Source: Chiloscyllium plagiosum (taxonomy: Eukaryota). Taken from it: DNA of 49,059 nt. Positions within the stretch are counted from its first letter, which is position 1. The number at the start of each line of letters is the position of its first letter. The notes beneath the pieces are model-generated. The model was not told the DNA's origin and ran no database searches. It saw only the letters and a program-made list of their open reading frames with translations. Location of the stretch: contig NC_057719.1 of assembly GCF_004010195.1 (NCBI RefSeq), forward strand, positions 54,745,971-54,795,029, read 5' to 3'. Shown in pieces: positions 35,420 to 48,330 of the stretch. A program made the translations under genes and the position numbers.

Positions 35420-36300
35420 ATAGTGAATTGTGAGGTTAATGCTGAGCATCTTCACAGAGACATTGGCAAATTGGCTAAATGGGCAGACATCCAGCAGATG
35501 AATTTCAATGCAATGTGAGGAAATGTATTTTGGTAGAAGAAACACAGAGAGATGATACAGGCTCAATGGTACAATGTTGAGAGAAGTACAGGAACAGAGG
35601 GACTTTGGGATTCAAACGCATTACTCTCTGAAGTGGTCAGGCAAGTTTAAACAGTTGTTAAGACAACTTATCGGATCTTTGAATTTATAAATGGGAGCAA
35701 TGTGTATAAAAGGAAGGAAATATCTGGTCAGCGTGGACAGGTTGGACCGAAGAGTCTGTTTCCATGCTGTACATCTCTATGACCTCTACAAATCATTGGT
35801 GAGACTGTAATTAGAGTACTGTATTCAGTCTGGGCACCTTACATTAAGAAAAGTCCTGGAGAGAATACAAAGGAGATTTATTGGATTGATACCAGATACA
35901 AGGGATTGTAGTTCCAAGGAAAGATAAAAGAAATTGGGCTTATTCCCCTTATAGCAGAGAAGTCTAAGAGGTGACCATAATTGAGGTGTTCAAAATTATG
36001 GACAATTTTGACAGAGCCAAGAAGGATATACTGTTTCCTTATTGGTATGGCAATAAATCAGGGTCACAATTTCAAGATTGTCAGCTAGGGAGCCAGGAGT
36101 GAGATGAGGACAAATGTCTTTACTCAGCAAATTGTTGGGATTGGAAGGCACTGTCTGGGAGAATTGTGGAGGTGAATTTCACAGGAGGTTTCAAAAGAAA
36201 GTTGGACATATATTTGAATTTAGAGCATTCCAAAGATAGGGCTGGAGAACAGGACTAGCTGGGTAACTCCCTCAGGAGCCAGTGCAGACCATGATGGGTC
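35420..36300 (+). mobile_element. Old CR1 RT C-terminal fragment with a nested CR1 tail (35722-35785)
   Basis: LHRDIGKLAKWADIQQMNFNA; LVRL*LEYCIQ; EMRTNVFTQQIV. Confidence 0.8.
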
Positions 36301-36601
36301 TGCAGCTTGTGGATATTGTTGATGTGGCTGCCTTCCTCAGAAGGGGAAGGTAGATGCAGGAAGATGCAGGGCTGACAGTAAGCCCAGCAGCAGCAGCATG
36401 CTGCCATTAAGACTGAAATGCACCCAGCCCAGAAAGAAGATCGTTAATAAGATGAGTTAATAAAACATTGCATTAGTGCTAGTGGTGAAAGTACCCCAAA
36501 AACCATGATGTAACTTCCACTTAGCCATAAAAGTGTAAGATTCAGCCCATTCAATTTAAAATTCTCATTTTCAAATAAGCACTGTCTTACTCCTTAAACC
36601 T

Positions 36602-36791
36602 CAGCAGGTCAGTCAGCATCTGAGGAGCAGGAGAATAGACATTTCGGGCAAAAGCCCTTCATCAGGCATGAAGGGCTTTTGCCCGAAATATCAACTCTCC
36701 TGCTCCTCAGATGCTGCCTGACCTGCTGTGCTTTTCCAGCATCACACACTTGACTCTGATCTTTAGCATCCACAGTCCCCACTTTCTCCTC
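36602..36791. mobile_element. Penelope-derived palindromic mini-element, family A
   Basis: Inverted arms centred near 36665; minus-strand CTGATGA-a-gggc-tttt-gccc-GAAA-tGTC core; imperfect 13-bp TSD actc(ct/ta)taaacct at 36589-36601 and 36792-36804. Confidence 0.8.
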
Positions 36792-36861
36792 ACTCTATAA
36801 ACCTATCCATTTCCACAAATGTCCCAGAACTCTGCCATCCTCCAACTTTGACATTGTGATT

Positions 36862-37712
36862 ATAGAGTCATAGTCATGGAGTCATACAACATGGAAACAG
36901 ACCCTTCGGTCCAACTCGTCCATGCTGATCAAATTCCCCAACTAAACTAGTCTCACTTGTCTGTATTTGACCCATATCCCTCTAAACCTTTCCTATTCAT
37001 GTACCCATCCAAATGTGTTTTAAATGTTGCATCTATCACTTCTTCTGGAAGTTCATTCCACACACCAACAACCCTCTGTGTGAAAAAGTTGCTGCTCAAG
37101 TCCTTTTTAAATCTTCCTTGTTTCCCCTTAAAAATATGCTCTTTAGTTTTGAACTCCCTCAACTTAGGAAAAAGACACTTTTTAATTTTTTTTATTCACC
37201 CTATCCATGCCCCTCAAGATTTTATAAATCTCTATAATGACATCCTCAACCTCCTATGGGGAGAAAGTCCCAGCGTAACCTTATAACTCAAACCTGGCAA
37301 CATCTTGATAAATCTTTTTCTTTTTCTAAACTTTTTCCAATTTAACAATATCCTTCCTAAAGCAGGGCAATGAACTATATGCTGTACTCCAAATGTTGCC
37401 TCACCATCGTCCTGTGCAACCTCAACATCGCATTCCTACACCTGTACTCATGGTCTGAGCTAGGTAAGTAACTGTGCTAAATGCCCTTTTAACCACCATG
37501 TCTACCTGTGATGCAACTTTCAAAGAATGATGCACCTGAGCTCTTCGATCCTTCTGTTCAACAATACTACCCAGGGCCCTATCATTAACTGGATATCCTG
37601 CCCTTGTTTGTTTTACCAAAATGCAGCACCTGACATTTATCCGACTTAAACTCTATCTGCCACTCCTCAACCCATTGGCCCAATTGATCAAGGTCCCATT
37701 GTAGTGGTAGAT
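36862..37712 (-). mobile_element. CR1 LINE 3' fragment
   Basis: LQWDLDQLGQWVEEWQIEF..DKCQVLHFG; NFFTQRVVGVWNELPEEV; (gagtcat)n-type tail. Confidence 0.9.
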
Positions 37713-37913
37713 AAACTTCTACCTTTCCAATTATTTCTCGCTGAATGCTTGCCAAAGCAGCCTTGGGCCCCAAAATTCTCAAGAATTCCCTCCTCAAACC
37801 CTCTGTGTCTCAGCTCTTTCCTTCTTTAAGACAAAAAGCAATTTTGTGCAGATTCTTAAACTTTAATAAAATCAGATAATACTGGAAACACAGAACAGGT
37901 CTTTATGGTTAAT

Positions 37914-38016
37914 GGAGAAAGTGAGGACTGCAGATGCTTAGAGCTTAAAAATGTGTTGCTGTAAAAGCGCAGCAGGTCAGGCAGCACCCAAGGAAAAGGA
38001 GAATCGACGTTTAGGC
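37914..38016 (-). mobile_element. Penelope-derived arm plus tail, family A, truncated inside the hammerhead
   Basis: ggagaaagtgaggactgcagatgct...aaaagcgcagcaggtcaggcagca...ggagaatcgacgttt. Confidence 0.75.
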
Positions 38017-39129
38017 GTTGCTGAGTCTGAGAGTTGATAGGCCTTTTATTGAAACAGAGATATAAAGGCAGGGAAGGAGTGGGGGAAGGGAAGGAAAGAA
38101 AGAATGAAAGGGAAGATCTGTGTTAGGGTGGAAAACAGGAGGGATTCAATGATAGAAGGCCATACTGCCTAATCTCATGAGCTTTGCCATGATTTTCTAT
38201 TTGTTTTTATGACCCTTTCAATGCTAAATTGGCAATATTTTCCACTATCTCTTCTCAATCACTTTATTCTGATTGTGCCTGTGTCTTGAGGTGATTCGAT
38301 CTTGAATCCATTGTTTAAATGTTCTTGTTCTCAGCTGCGTCCTTCCGAAGATAAAGCAAATAAGGGATCCATGTGTTGTTTGTGCAATACCTCCAGAGTA
38401 TGATTGTCTCCCTTGTGTCCTGCTGGTCAAGTATGATACAGTAACCAAAGCACAGTGAGACCAGCATGCTATGGAGTCTCCACATGAAATCCTCAGACTC
38501 GGACTAAAATTGATCTTGCAGCAGTATTGCTCAGCTTGCTATTTGCGCTTTTCATTGTTGCAGCAGCATGAGAGGATGTTCAGTGCTGAGTCTACTGACA
38601 TCACCTGTATATCTTTTAAGTTTACCTTTAACTCCTTTAAAATGACTTGTATGTTTTCAAATTTAATTCCAAGGGGTAATAACTCATTAAACTCCAATAT
38701 AATTTCAATTTATTTGGCTATTCTTACGCTCATCGGAAGATTTTATGTAGCTCCTTTTACATACCTTTGGCTACTTTGTCAGACTGACTGCTGCATTGTC
38801 CAGTTCAGTTCTATCTGAATATTCGAGCAATTTGCATTGACTTCCTGTATTTGGGCTGCTGTGTCCCAATTACAGCTTGCTGGAAAAGAGGTTTTCAAAT
38901 TTGTGCTGCTCTGACTCTTTAGGTAGACTGTGAGAAAAGGTATGGGCTGATGGGGCAATGGGATTAAACAGGGGTTTGCCAATGGAACTCAGCACCAGAG
39001 TCAAGCTGTGGGACTTTCGATTCAAACAATCATTTTTAAACCTTTTTTTAATGTTGTTGCCTCCAGCAGACATACCTTCCTGAATATTGCTAACCCGGTA
39101 TTAGCTTGTGAATTGGTGATAATGTAACA

Positions 39130-40256
39130 TCATAGAACATATAGAACATAGAAAAGTGCAAACAAAACAAGCCCTTTGGCCCACGATGTTGTGCCGAGGT
39201 TTAATCCTAATGTAAAATATAATAACTTAATCTACGCCACCCCTCAACTCACTGCTATCCATGTGCATGTCCAGCAGTCGCTTAAATGTCCCCAATGACT
39301 CTGCTTCCACCACCACAGTGGTAACGCATTCCACGCATTCACAACTCTCTGCATAAAGAACCTGCCTCTGATATCTCCTTTATATCTTCCTCCTAATACC
39401 TAAAAACTATGACTCCTCATATGAGTCAATCCTGCCCTGGGGAAAAGTCTCTGACTCTATTTATTGCACTCATTATCTTTTATACCTCGATCAGGTCTCC
39501 TCTGTTCCTCCTTCTCTCCAGAGAGAAAAGTCCAAGCTGATTCAACCTTTCTTCATAAGGCAAGCCCTCCAGTCCAGGCAGCATCCTGGTAAACCTTCTT
39601 TGCACTGTCTCCAAATCCTCTGTATCTTTCCTATAGTAGTGCGACCAGGACTGGACACAATATTTCAAATGTGGTCTCACCAGGGACTTGTAGAGCTATA
39701 GCAAAACTTCGCAGCTCTTAAACTCGATCCCCCTGTTACTGAAAGCCAAAACACCATAGGCTTTCTTAACAACTCTATCCACTTGGGTGGCAATTTTGAG
39801 GGATCTATGTACTTGCACACCAAGATCCCTCTGTTCCTCCACACTGCCAAGAATCCTGTCTTTAATCCGGTATTCAGCATTTGAGTTCGACCTTCCAAAA
39901 TGCATCACTTCACATGTATCCAGGTTGAACGCCATCTGTCATTTCTCAGCCCAGCTCTGCATCATGTCTATGTCACGCTGTAACCTTCAGTAGCCCTCAA
40001 TACTATCGATGACACCTCCAACCTTTGTGTCATCTGCAAATTTACTAACCCACCCCTCAACCTCCTCATCCAAGTCATTTATAAAAACTACAAAGAGCAG
40101 AGCCCAAGAACAGAGCCCTGCGGGACCCCACTCAACACTGACCTCCAGGCAGAATACTTTCCATCTACAACAACTCTCTGCCTTCTGTCAGCCAGCCAAT
40201 TCTGAATCCAGATAGCCAAATCTCCCTGTATTCCATACTTCCTGACTTTATGAATG
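39130..40256 (-). mobile_element. CR1 LINE 3' ~1.1 kb, well preserved
   Basis: [41 protein letters not shown]...[12 protein letters not shown]; (catagaa)n tail. Confidence 0.95.
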
Positions 40257-40379
40257 AGTCAGGTGGCTGAGAGATTGCATGAGAAAGAAATATCCCATAG
40301 GAGATTCTCTGAGCAGCTTGTATAATCCAGGCTACATTTGAGCCTGAATTACCACTACATTTAAATCTTCTGAAGCTTT

Positions 40380-40730
40380 CCCGGCTGACCACATAGCTTT
40401 TTCCAAAGTAAACTTACCCTCAGCGAAAGCTCAGCAACTTACATCCTAACTCAAGATCAGCCTCCTTATCAGCTCATTTGTTAGTCATATTCAACTGTGC
40501 TTTCAAAGCCCTTGTTAGTATAACAGCTCCTAGCCCCATAACCCCTCAACCATTCTTTAATACTTTCTTCTCAGTTACCTTCTCCAGTCCTGCATAGATC
40601 TGACATAATTGGTCTTCCAAATCCGACTTCTTATACATTCCTAATTTTGATCAATCCACCATTTGTGGAACAGATGCTGAGACCAAAAGATCTGGAATTC
40701 CCTCCCAAACATCTCTGTTCTCTATTCAAA
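40380..40730 (+). mobile_element. L2-like LINE 3' remnant
   Basis: tttcaaagccctt...gctgagaccaaaagatctggaattccctcccaaac (P..WNSLP motif). Confidence 0.4.
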
Positions 40731-40819
40731 TCAACCCCCACTATCAACTTCCTGTGGGTTGCCATTAACCAGAAACTGACTGAACTAGCATCATAAATAC
40801 AGTGGCTACAAGAGTATGT

Positions 40820-41245
40820 CAAACGCTAGGGATACTGCAGCGAGCAACTCGCCTTGACTCTCCACAGCATGTCTACAAGGCACGAGTGAGGAGTATGATG
40901 GAATACTTCGAACTTGCCTAACTGGATGCTGCTCCAAAATCACTCAAGAAGGTTGATGCCATCCAGGAGGAAGTAACCTGCTTGATTAGCAGCACTGCAT
41001 CCACAAACATCCATTCTCTCCACTAATAACATTCAGCAGCAGCAGTATACCATTTAAAGAGGCACTGCAGAAAAAACACCAATGATCCTTAGACAAACAC
41101 CTTTGAAACTAATGACCCCTATCATCTAGAAGGCCCAGGGCTATTCAGAAAGGCATCTCAAAACCACTTCCCAAGGGCAACTGAGGATGAGCAATAAGCG
41201 CTGGTCAGCCTGCAATATCCATGTCTCACAAGTGAATAAGAAAAA
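40820..41245 (+). mobile_element. CR1/L2-superclade LINE 3' fragment (second family)
   Basis: YKARVRSMMEY..LA*L...KSLKKVDAIQEEVTCLI; 3' end gggcaactgaggatgagcaataagcgctgg...gtgaataagaaaaaaa. Confidence 0.7.
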
Positions 41246-41529
41246 AAATCCAATTTAAGATATAGCCTTAAATAATATCTCTTTGCTTTCGGTCATCTGT
41301 TATGCAGTTTGACATCAAATTATGTTTGATAATGATACTTTAAAATGCTTTGGGACATTCTTGGTCATAAAGTTACATTGAAAATTATGTTTGTGTTCTT
41401 CCTGGATACTCATTAATAGTTTTGAAAATATGGTGAATGACTGATTTCCATCATGTACATGTGAAATCCACATTCCTGTTTGGATTTCAGGCATCTGTTT
41501 TATGTCAGAAAAATGTCCCTTTGAATTTC

Positions 41530-41850
41530 TAGATTCTCATGTGCTCTTCTAATAATCAAATCCAGTAATTTGTCCAGGACTGATGTAAGATAAACAGGAT
41601 CCTTTTCTGAGTGTAGGTGTTACATTCACTTGTTTCTAATCTTATGGGACCGTGCCAATTTTCATGTTCTCTCTTTGATCATTGTTAGCAATTCATAAAT
41701 CTTATCTGCCTCTCTTTGGACTCTGATATAATTACAATACAGCCATGAGAACTTGTTTGTTTAAGCCAGTCCTGAAACTTCATTTCATTGATGTCAAAGT
41801 CATTAAACCAACTAGGATTATCATTGTTAATGAAGGATGTGCTACTATTG
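41530..41850 (-). mobile_element. Very old CR1 RT N-terminal remnant
   Basis: Frameshifted LK.NKS.G...RVQREADKIYELL...GTVP*D*KQVNVTPTLRKG...LTSVLDKLLD. Confidence 0.55.
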
Positions 41851-42827
41851 CCTTCTATATTAAACACAGGGGGGAGAAAAACCTCAAAATTTAAGTTATC
41901 CCTCAGTTTTCCTCCTGTCAGTACTTTTTAGGTTTTATTTCCTTTTCTGGCTCAGAGGCTGGAAGAATATCTACTGCAGCCTAAGACCTCCCAAGTAAGG
42001 GTGTAATTAGAGATGGACCATTCCAGTAATGCTCACGTCCCATAAAAATATAACATACATAATCATACACTCCTACATATTTATCTTGCAAAAGCAACAA
42101 GATACTTTTTTAAGAATTTCAATTCTACCCCTGATAAGGCATTATTGGTCAGCACATTTAGACCATAGAAAATAGGAACAGACTTAGACCGTTTGGTAGC
42201 TTGAGCCTGCTCTGCCATTCAACAATATCCTGGCTGAGCTGACATTCCTCCGGCCCATTTTCCTGCCCTTTCCCCATTGCCCTTGATATACACAAGGATT
42301 CTGCTCTGACCTTCCCCAGATAACTTATTTCTTTCACTCTGTTAATTTAAGAATTTTGCAGTTACAAGCATAATTCTCATGGTTTTAAACAGCAAAATGT
42401 AGGACTACCTTAAAAGTCTAGAAATGCTGGGTAGTCGCTCTGGAAATGCAGTTGTGTGGGAACTCTGCTGTGGCTCAGACCTAATTGCTGTTGCAATGTA
42501 GCATTATGAAGTTATTAAGAAAATATCAAGACTTTGGAATGGATGAAATTTCTGGAGTTATGCTAGAGGATCCAATCCCATTCACTCAGACTGTTGGCAA
42601 TAATGTCAAAACTATGAGAAAATGAGCAGGAGGAACACCCACACATATTCGATTGGAATTTTATAATAAAGATAGAGGTTAGATGAACCAAGTTCCACCC
42701 TGAATTAATTAGTGATGCTATAAATTTGTTTGCAGAACAAGTCCACCAAGTTTACAGAACATTTTCACATTTCTTGCTTTCATGATTATTGAAAATAATG
42801 GATTAGCCAGTATGCCTATAAATGACT

Positions 42828-45445
42828 GAGTCAAAAAATGTGGCATTGGAAAAGCACAACGGGTCAGATGGCAACTAAGGAGCAGGAGAATCAACATTTC
42901 AGGCATAAGGCCTTCATCAGGAATGTGTGAGAGGGCTTAGGGGCTGAGGGATAAATAAGAGAGGGTGGGGTTTGGGCTGGGGCTGGGGGGAAGGTAGCTT
43001 GGAAGGCGATAGGTAGGATGCAGGTGGAAGGTGATGGTGATAGATTGGAGCGAGGATGGAGTGGACAGGTGGACAGTTCAAGAGGGTGGTGCCGAGTTGG
43101 AGGGTTAGATCTGGAATGGGTGAAGGGAGGGGATTTGAGAAAACTGGTGATATCGATGTTGATGCTGCATGGTTGGAGGGTACCATGGTAGAAGATGAGG
43201 CATTCTTCCTGCAGGATTTGGTGGTGGGGGAGGCCCAGAGCCTGCATATCCTTGGTGGAGTGGAAGGGGGAGTTGAAGTGACCAGTCACAGGCCGGTGGG
43301 GTTATTGGGTGCGTGTGTCCGAGAGGTGTTCCCTGAAACATTCCGTGAGTTGGTGTCCTGTCTCCCCAATGTAAAGGAGACCACATCAAGAGCAATGGAT
43401 ACAGTAAATGAGGTGTTTGGATGTGCAATAAAAACTCTGCCAGATGTGGAAGGATCCTTTGGGGCCTTGGATGGAGGTGAGGGGGGAAATGTGGGTGCAG
43501 GTTTTACACCTCTTGCGGTGGCAAGGGAGGTTTTGGGATTGGAGTGTGGATTGGTGAGGGTGATGGATCTAACGAGGGAGTCACGGAGAGAATGGTCTCT
43601 GTGGAATGCTGATAGGGATGGGGACAGAAATATCTCTCTGGTGGCAGGGTCTGCATGTAGGCGGTGGAAATGGCAGTGGATAATGCATTGTATCTGGAGA
43701 TTGGTGGGGTGGAAGGTGAGGACGAGGGGAGTTCTATCCTTGCTGTGGTTGGAGGGGTGGGGTTCAAGGGTGGAGATGAGGGAAGTGGAGGAGATGCACT
43801 GGAGGGCATTGTTGACCATGTGGGAGGGGAAATTGCTATCCTTGAAGTAGGAGGCCATCTGGCATGTTCCGGAGTGAAATTGCTCCTCCAGGGAGCAGAT
43901 GCAGTGGAAGCGGAAAGATTGGGAGTAAGCGATCGCATTTTTATGAGTGTGTGGTGGGAGGAGGTGAGTCCAGGCAGTTGCAGGATTCGGTGGGTTTGAA
44001 ATAGATGTCTGTGTTGAGTCGGCTGCAGGAGATGGAAATGGAGATGGAGAGGTCTGGGAGGGGAGGGAGGTGTCCGAGATGGTCCAGGTGAACTTGAGGT
44101 CAGGGTAGAAAGTGTTGGTGAAGTTGATGAACTGTTCAACGAAATGGCGCTGATACAATCATCAATGTAGCGGAGTAAAAGGTGAGGAATGGTGCTGGTG
44201 TAGCTGCGGAAGATGGATTGTTTCACATTCCCAATGAAGAGGCAGGCATAGCTGGAGCTCATGTGAGTGCTCATGGCTACCCTTTTGGTCTGAAGGAAGT
44301 GGTCGGATTCAAAGGAGAAGTTGTTGAGGGTAAGAACCAGTTCAGCCAATTGAATGAGTGTGTTGGTGGGGAGTTACTGATTGGGTCAGCAGAAAGGGAA
44401 GAAACAGAGGGATTGGAGACTTTTGCTATGGCGGGTGGGTGTGTACCGGGACTGGATGTCCATGGTGAAGACGAGGCATTTGTGCTGGGAAAATGAAAGT
44501 CAAGGAGGAGGTGGTGGACGTTGGTACTGTCCTGAATGTATGTGGGAAGCACCTGGACCAAAGGAGACAGGACAGTGTCAAGGTATGAGGAGTTAGATTC
44601 AGTGGGGTAGGAGATAGTGAAGACAGCGGTTTGACTGGGGCAGTCAGGTTTGTGATATTCAGTAAGAGGTAGAACCAGGGGTCCGCGGTTCCGGGACTAT
44701 GAAGTTGGAAGTTGTTGGTGGGAGATCCCCTGAGGTTATGAGGTTGTGGATAGTCGGAGAGATGATAGTTTGGTGGTGGAAGGTGAGGTTGTGGTCAAAG
44801 GGGCAGTCGGAGGAGATGTCCGTGAGTTGGCGCCCAGCTTCGGCGATGCACAAGTCAGTGTGCCAAACTACCACTGCACCCCCACACCCCCTTGTCTGAT
44901 GGTTTATGGTGAATTTGGGGTTGGAGTGGAGGGCTGCACAATGTGATGGCGAGAGGTTGGAGTGGTGAGGGGGTGGACAGGTTAAAGCAGTCAATGCCAT
45001 GGCAGCAATTGGAGATTAAGAGATCAAGGGCGGGTAACAGACCAGTATGGGGGTGTGTTGGAGGTGGGAGAAGGGGTCCTCAGAGGGTGGGTGGGAGTGC
45101 TGATGGAAAAAAAATGAGTGCAGAGGCAGATTCTTTGTCACAATGCATAAGGAATTTGTTGATCCGGGAGCATAGTGGGATGATGTGAGACCTTTACTGA
45201 GGATTTATTATTCATCCTCAGTGAGGGGGAGGTTGGGGGATGGTAAAAATATGGCAGGGCTGGGGGCTAGGACCTGGTGTAGAGCTGGGATTGGGAGTGA
45301 GGGGGGGGTGGAGGCTGCCTCTGGAGTGGGTGTGGTCATAGTATTATGGGTGATGTCACCAAAGGAAGTAACGCACACCGTGGGGGTCAGAGGAGCAGAA
45401 GCTTTGCATTCAGTGGCATCTGCAGGAGCAGAAGGGATGTTCTGA
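42828..45445 (-). mobile_element. Penelope-like retroelement, ~2.6 kb, frameshifted RT + GIY-YIG endonuclease, family A terminus
   Basis: AELVLTLNNFSF...AMSTHMSSSYACLF...LRYIDDCI (RT); LKFTWTISDTSLP; LIYCIHCS*CGLLYIGETG (GIY-YIG, ~43350-43410); terminus 42828-42925 homologous to the mini-element arms. Confidence 0.93.
42888..42924 (-). ncRNA. Degenerate hammerhead core in the Penelope 3' terminus
   Basis: Minus strand attc-CTGATGA-a-ggccttatgcct-GAAA-tgttga; stem II and cleavage triplet eroded. Confidence 0.5.
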
Positions 45446-46832
45446 AGTGACTGCCTTACCCGACTTATAATAAGTCTTCAAGATCAATGATACTAACCAA
45501 AAATAGTATTTGCAGGTTTTCAGGACTTGCAAGTCCTTCACAATGGTAACAATTAGGAGAATTCAGATGTGGTCTCCATCCCCTTCCTGGACTTTTCCTT
45601 CAATTAGAGTAATGGACAGAAACAAAACATGCAAAAAATCCACGTCTATTTTGAACGTGCTTTCCGATAGAGGTGAGATGCTCCAGGGCTACAGAAAAAT
45701 CTTCAGATATCACAACAAAGGGTCGAACAGTAAAGTAAACATGAAAACAGTAAAGAAAAAATGAGAGTTGATTTAATTCAGTGAAAACTGTAAGGCAAGT
45801 ATATCGTGTTTCAGAGATAAAAACTAAAGGAAGAATAGTTAAGCCTTTCCAGAGATGCTATGAATTCAAACTTTTTAGCCTTTCTATTGATTTAACCGAG
45901 AAACAGGAGTCAAGGTCATAATTGTGTGAAATACAGCAAGCTCAAGCTCGATAAATTAAGTATACCAATTGTATTAAATGTTCCACAAAATGGATAAATA
46001 GATCTCATCAAAATGCATTAAGCAGTGCGTAAGATCCAAAGGAGCTATTTTTGATGTTGTCCTGAATTTATAGATTTTTGACCCTGCAGCAGTATTAGCA
46101 ATCTAGCACATTGTATGATTAGGAAGCTCTGTGTATGCTATTCAAAAAATAATTGAAATAAATTAAACTTGTAAGGTACTTAAAATGGCAGTGTGTGTGT
46201 AAACCATACATACCACAGTTCAAACTTTGAAGAAAATTAGGGGCCCTAAACGTTTGTCTCAGACAGAGACACAAAATGAGCGACATTAGATTAGCGGTCA
46301 AATCTATATAATAGCTGATATTTAATTCTACTGAGTGCAATCAAATGGGAATATCAGGTGTAAAATGTTGTAATTTCAACAAAGTTAAACCAAGGTTATC
46401 AAGACCGTACATCCACACTTGTCACTTTTAAACCGAAGCAAAATGAAACAAAATTGAGTCAGAGATTAATAATTTACTTGCAATTACGTGGGCAGTTGTA
46501 TGAAAACACATGATACAGTGTTCCTTTAATCCTAGTTTCTTTCAAAGTTGTCAATTAATTCTTCCACATTGCAAGAAAAAGAGCTCAAGTGGATTAATTG
46601 TAATTTGTTATAATATGGACGCTCATCTTACAACTAAAATCGGATAATAACTCTGCCTCACATTGATTACTTTTATAATTAGTCTTAATGTTTTATTGAA
46701 AAGTATAGTACAATATGTCCTATAAATTACTTTTTACCAATTTTGCTCATTATTTTTCAACATTTTCTTTCTTGCGTGTAGAATTTCAGATACTGTCAAA
46801 CCTCTAAGATTTGTATGACAGTGTTTTATATT

Positions 46833-47880
46833 TTATTCATTCACAGGGTATGGGTGTTGCTGGCTGGGCTGGTAATTATTGTCAGTCCCTAGATGCCTTT
46901 GAAAATATGGTGGTGAGCTGTTTCTTGAACCACTGCAGTTCATTTGGTGCAGGTAGACCCATAAATCCTTTAGTGATGTTGACCCAGCATCACTAAAGGA
47001 GGTAATGGCCTTGCAGTATTTTTGCTGGATTATTAAACCAGAGATCTGAACAATATTCTGGGGACCTGGGTTTATATCCCACTGTGACAGATGGTGGAAT
47101 TTGAATTCAATTAAAAGTCTAATGATGACCATGACTCCATTGTCAATTATCAGAAAAACCCGTCTGGTTCATTAATGCCATAGAGGGGAAGAAATTGCTT
47201 TTCTTACCCTGTCTGGCTACATGTTAATCCAGAGCCACAGCAACGTGGTGAACATTTGACTGCTCACTGGGCAATTAGAGATGGGCAATAAGTGCTGACA
47301 CCCACATCCCCATGAATGAATAAATAAACAGAACAGAGATTTCCAACTCAGGACAGTGAGTGGTTTGGAAAAGAAAGTATGCAGGTGACAATGTTCAATA
47401 TATCTCTTGCACCTTTCCTTCTGGATGCTAGTGGTCATGAGCTTGGAAGGGGCCAGATAAAGATCTTTGGGCAATACCTGCAGTGCATCTTATAGCAAGT
47501 ACAGACTGCTGCTAGTGGTTCTGGGAATTAATGTTTGCATACGTGGCACTAATCCAGCAAGCTACTTTGTCCTGGATGGCGTCAACTTCTTGATTGTTGT
47601 TAAAGCTGTATATATCCAGGAAAGTAGGGAATACTCCATCATACTCCTAACTTGCCTATAATAGATGGTCGGCAGGACCTGGAGGGGCAGCAAATGAATG
47701 ATTCTTAGCCTCTGACCTAGTCTTGTAATGACGGCACTTTAATGACTAGTGCTATTGAGTTTCTGGTCAATGGTAAACACCAGGATGTTGCTAGTTAACA
47801 CAAACATTCATTCTCTCCAAAACTGATAGTGGGGGATGGTGATACTATTAAATGTCATGAGATGTTGATTAGATTTTTCC
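46833..47880 (-). mobile_element. CR1/L2-superclade LINE 3' pieces (same family as 40820-41245), rearranged
   Basis: Reverse complement of YRQVRSMMEYSLLSW...KKLTPSRTK at 47570-47660; gggcaattagagatgggcaataa terminus in both orientations. Confidence 0.6.
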
Positions 47881-47891
47881 TTGTTGGAAAA

Positions 47892-48330
47892 GAATGAATG
47901 AATGAATGATTTATTGTCACATATATCTGCAGTGAAATGTTTTCTGTTGCCACAATCCAGTGCCATTTTGAGTCACAATAAGAATAAAAAGGAATGACTT
48001 CAATAAGAGTTCATCTTCTGCTCAAATTGAGGTCTGGTCTCCAGCATGGTCCATCTATTCCCCTGATCATCTTATAAACCTCTATCAGGGCTTCTGCAAG
48101 GTAGGTCTCAAGGAGTCACACTCCAGGAACAACAACAATGACACGGATTCCCCAACAGACCCCAGCTCTGCTGCCACTGCCACCTTGTCATCACTGTCAA
48201 GAATCCAGACCCATTCTGGGCACTGCCATTATCAAGAGTCCAATCTCTGAGCCTACTGCTGTCAGGAGTCCAGACTCGGGGCATCGACACTGCAGCTACT
48301 GTCCCCCTAACACCACTCCAGCCTCGACGT
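47892..48330 (-). mobile_element. Unclassified retroposon with gtgacaataaa(tcat)n tail
   Basis: (aatg)n microsatellite followed by tttattgtcac; similar to 34440-34555. Confidence 0.5.

Larger units (their letters stand above)
36550..37850 (+). mobile_element. L2-like LINE 3' remnant split by a mini-element and a CR1
   Basis: tttaaaattctcattttcaaa (FKIL..F)...ggccccaaaattctcaagaattccctcc (P.LWNSLP-like) pieces on both sides of the inserts. Confidence 0.45.

Noticed and set aside
41685..41867. Minus-strand ORF behind a strong polypyrimidine acceptor, as an exon
   Set aside because: Across frameshifts it reads as the CR1 KSPGPDG...G.VP.DW region, collinear with the adjacent CR1 sequence.
43056..43850. 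264-aa plus-strand ORF
   Set aside because: Antisense shadow of the Penelope ORF.
42820..45455. TSD for the large Penelope (aaatgactg / aagtgactg)
   Set aside because: Only 9 bp with a mismatch and uncertain element ends; could be chance.
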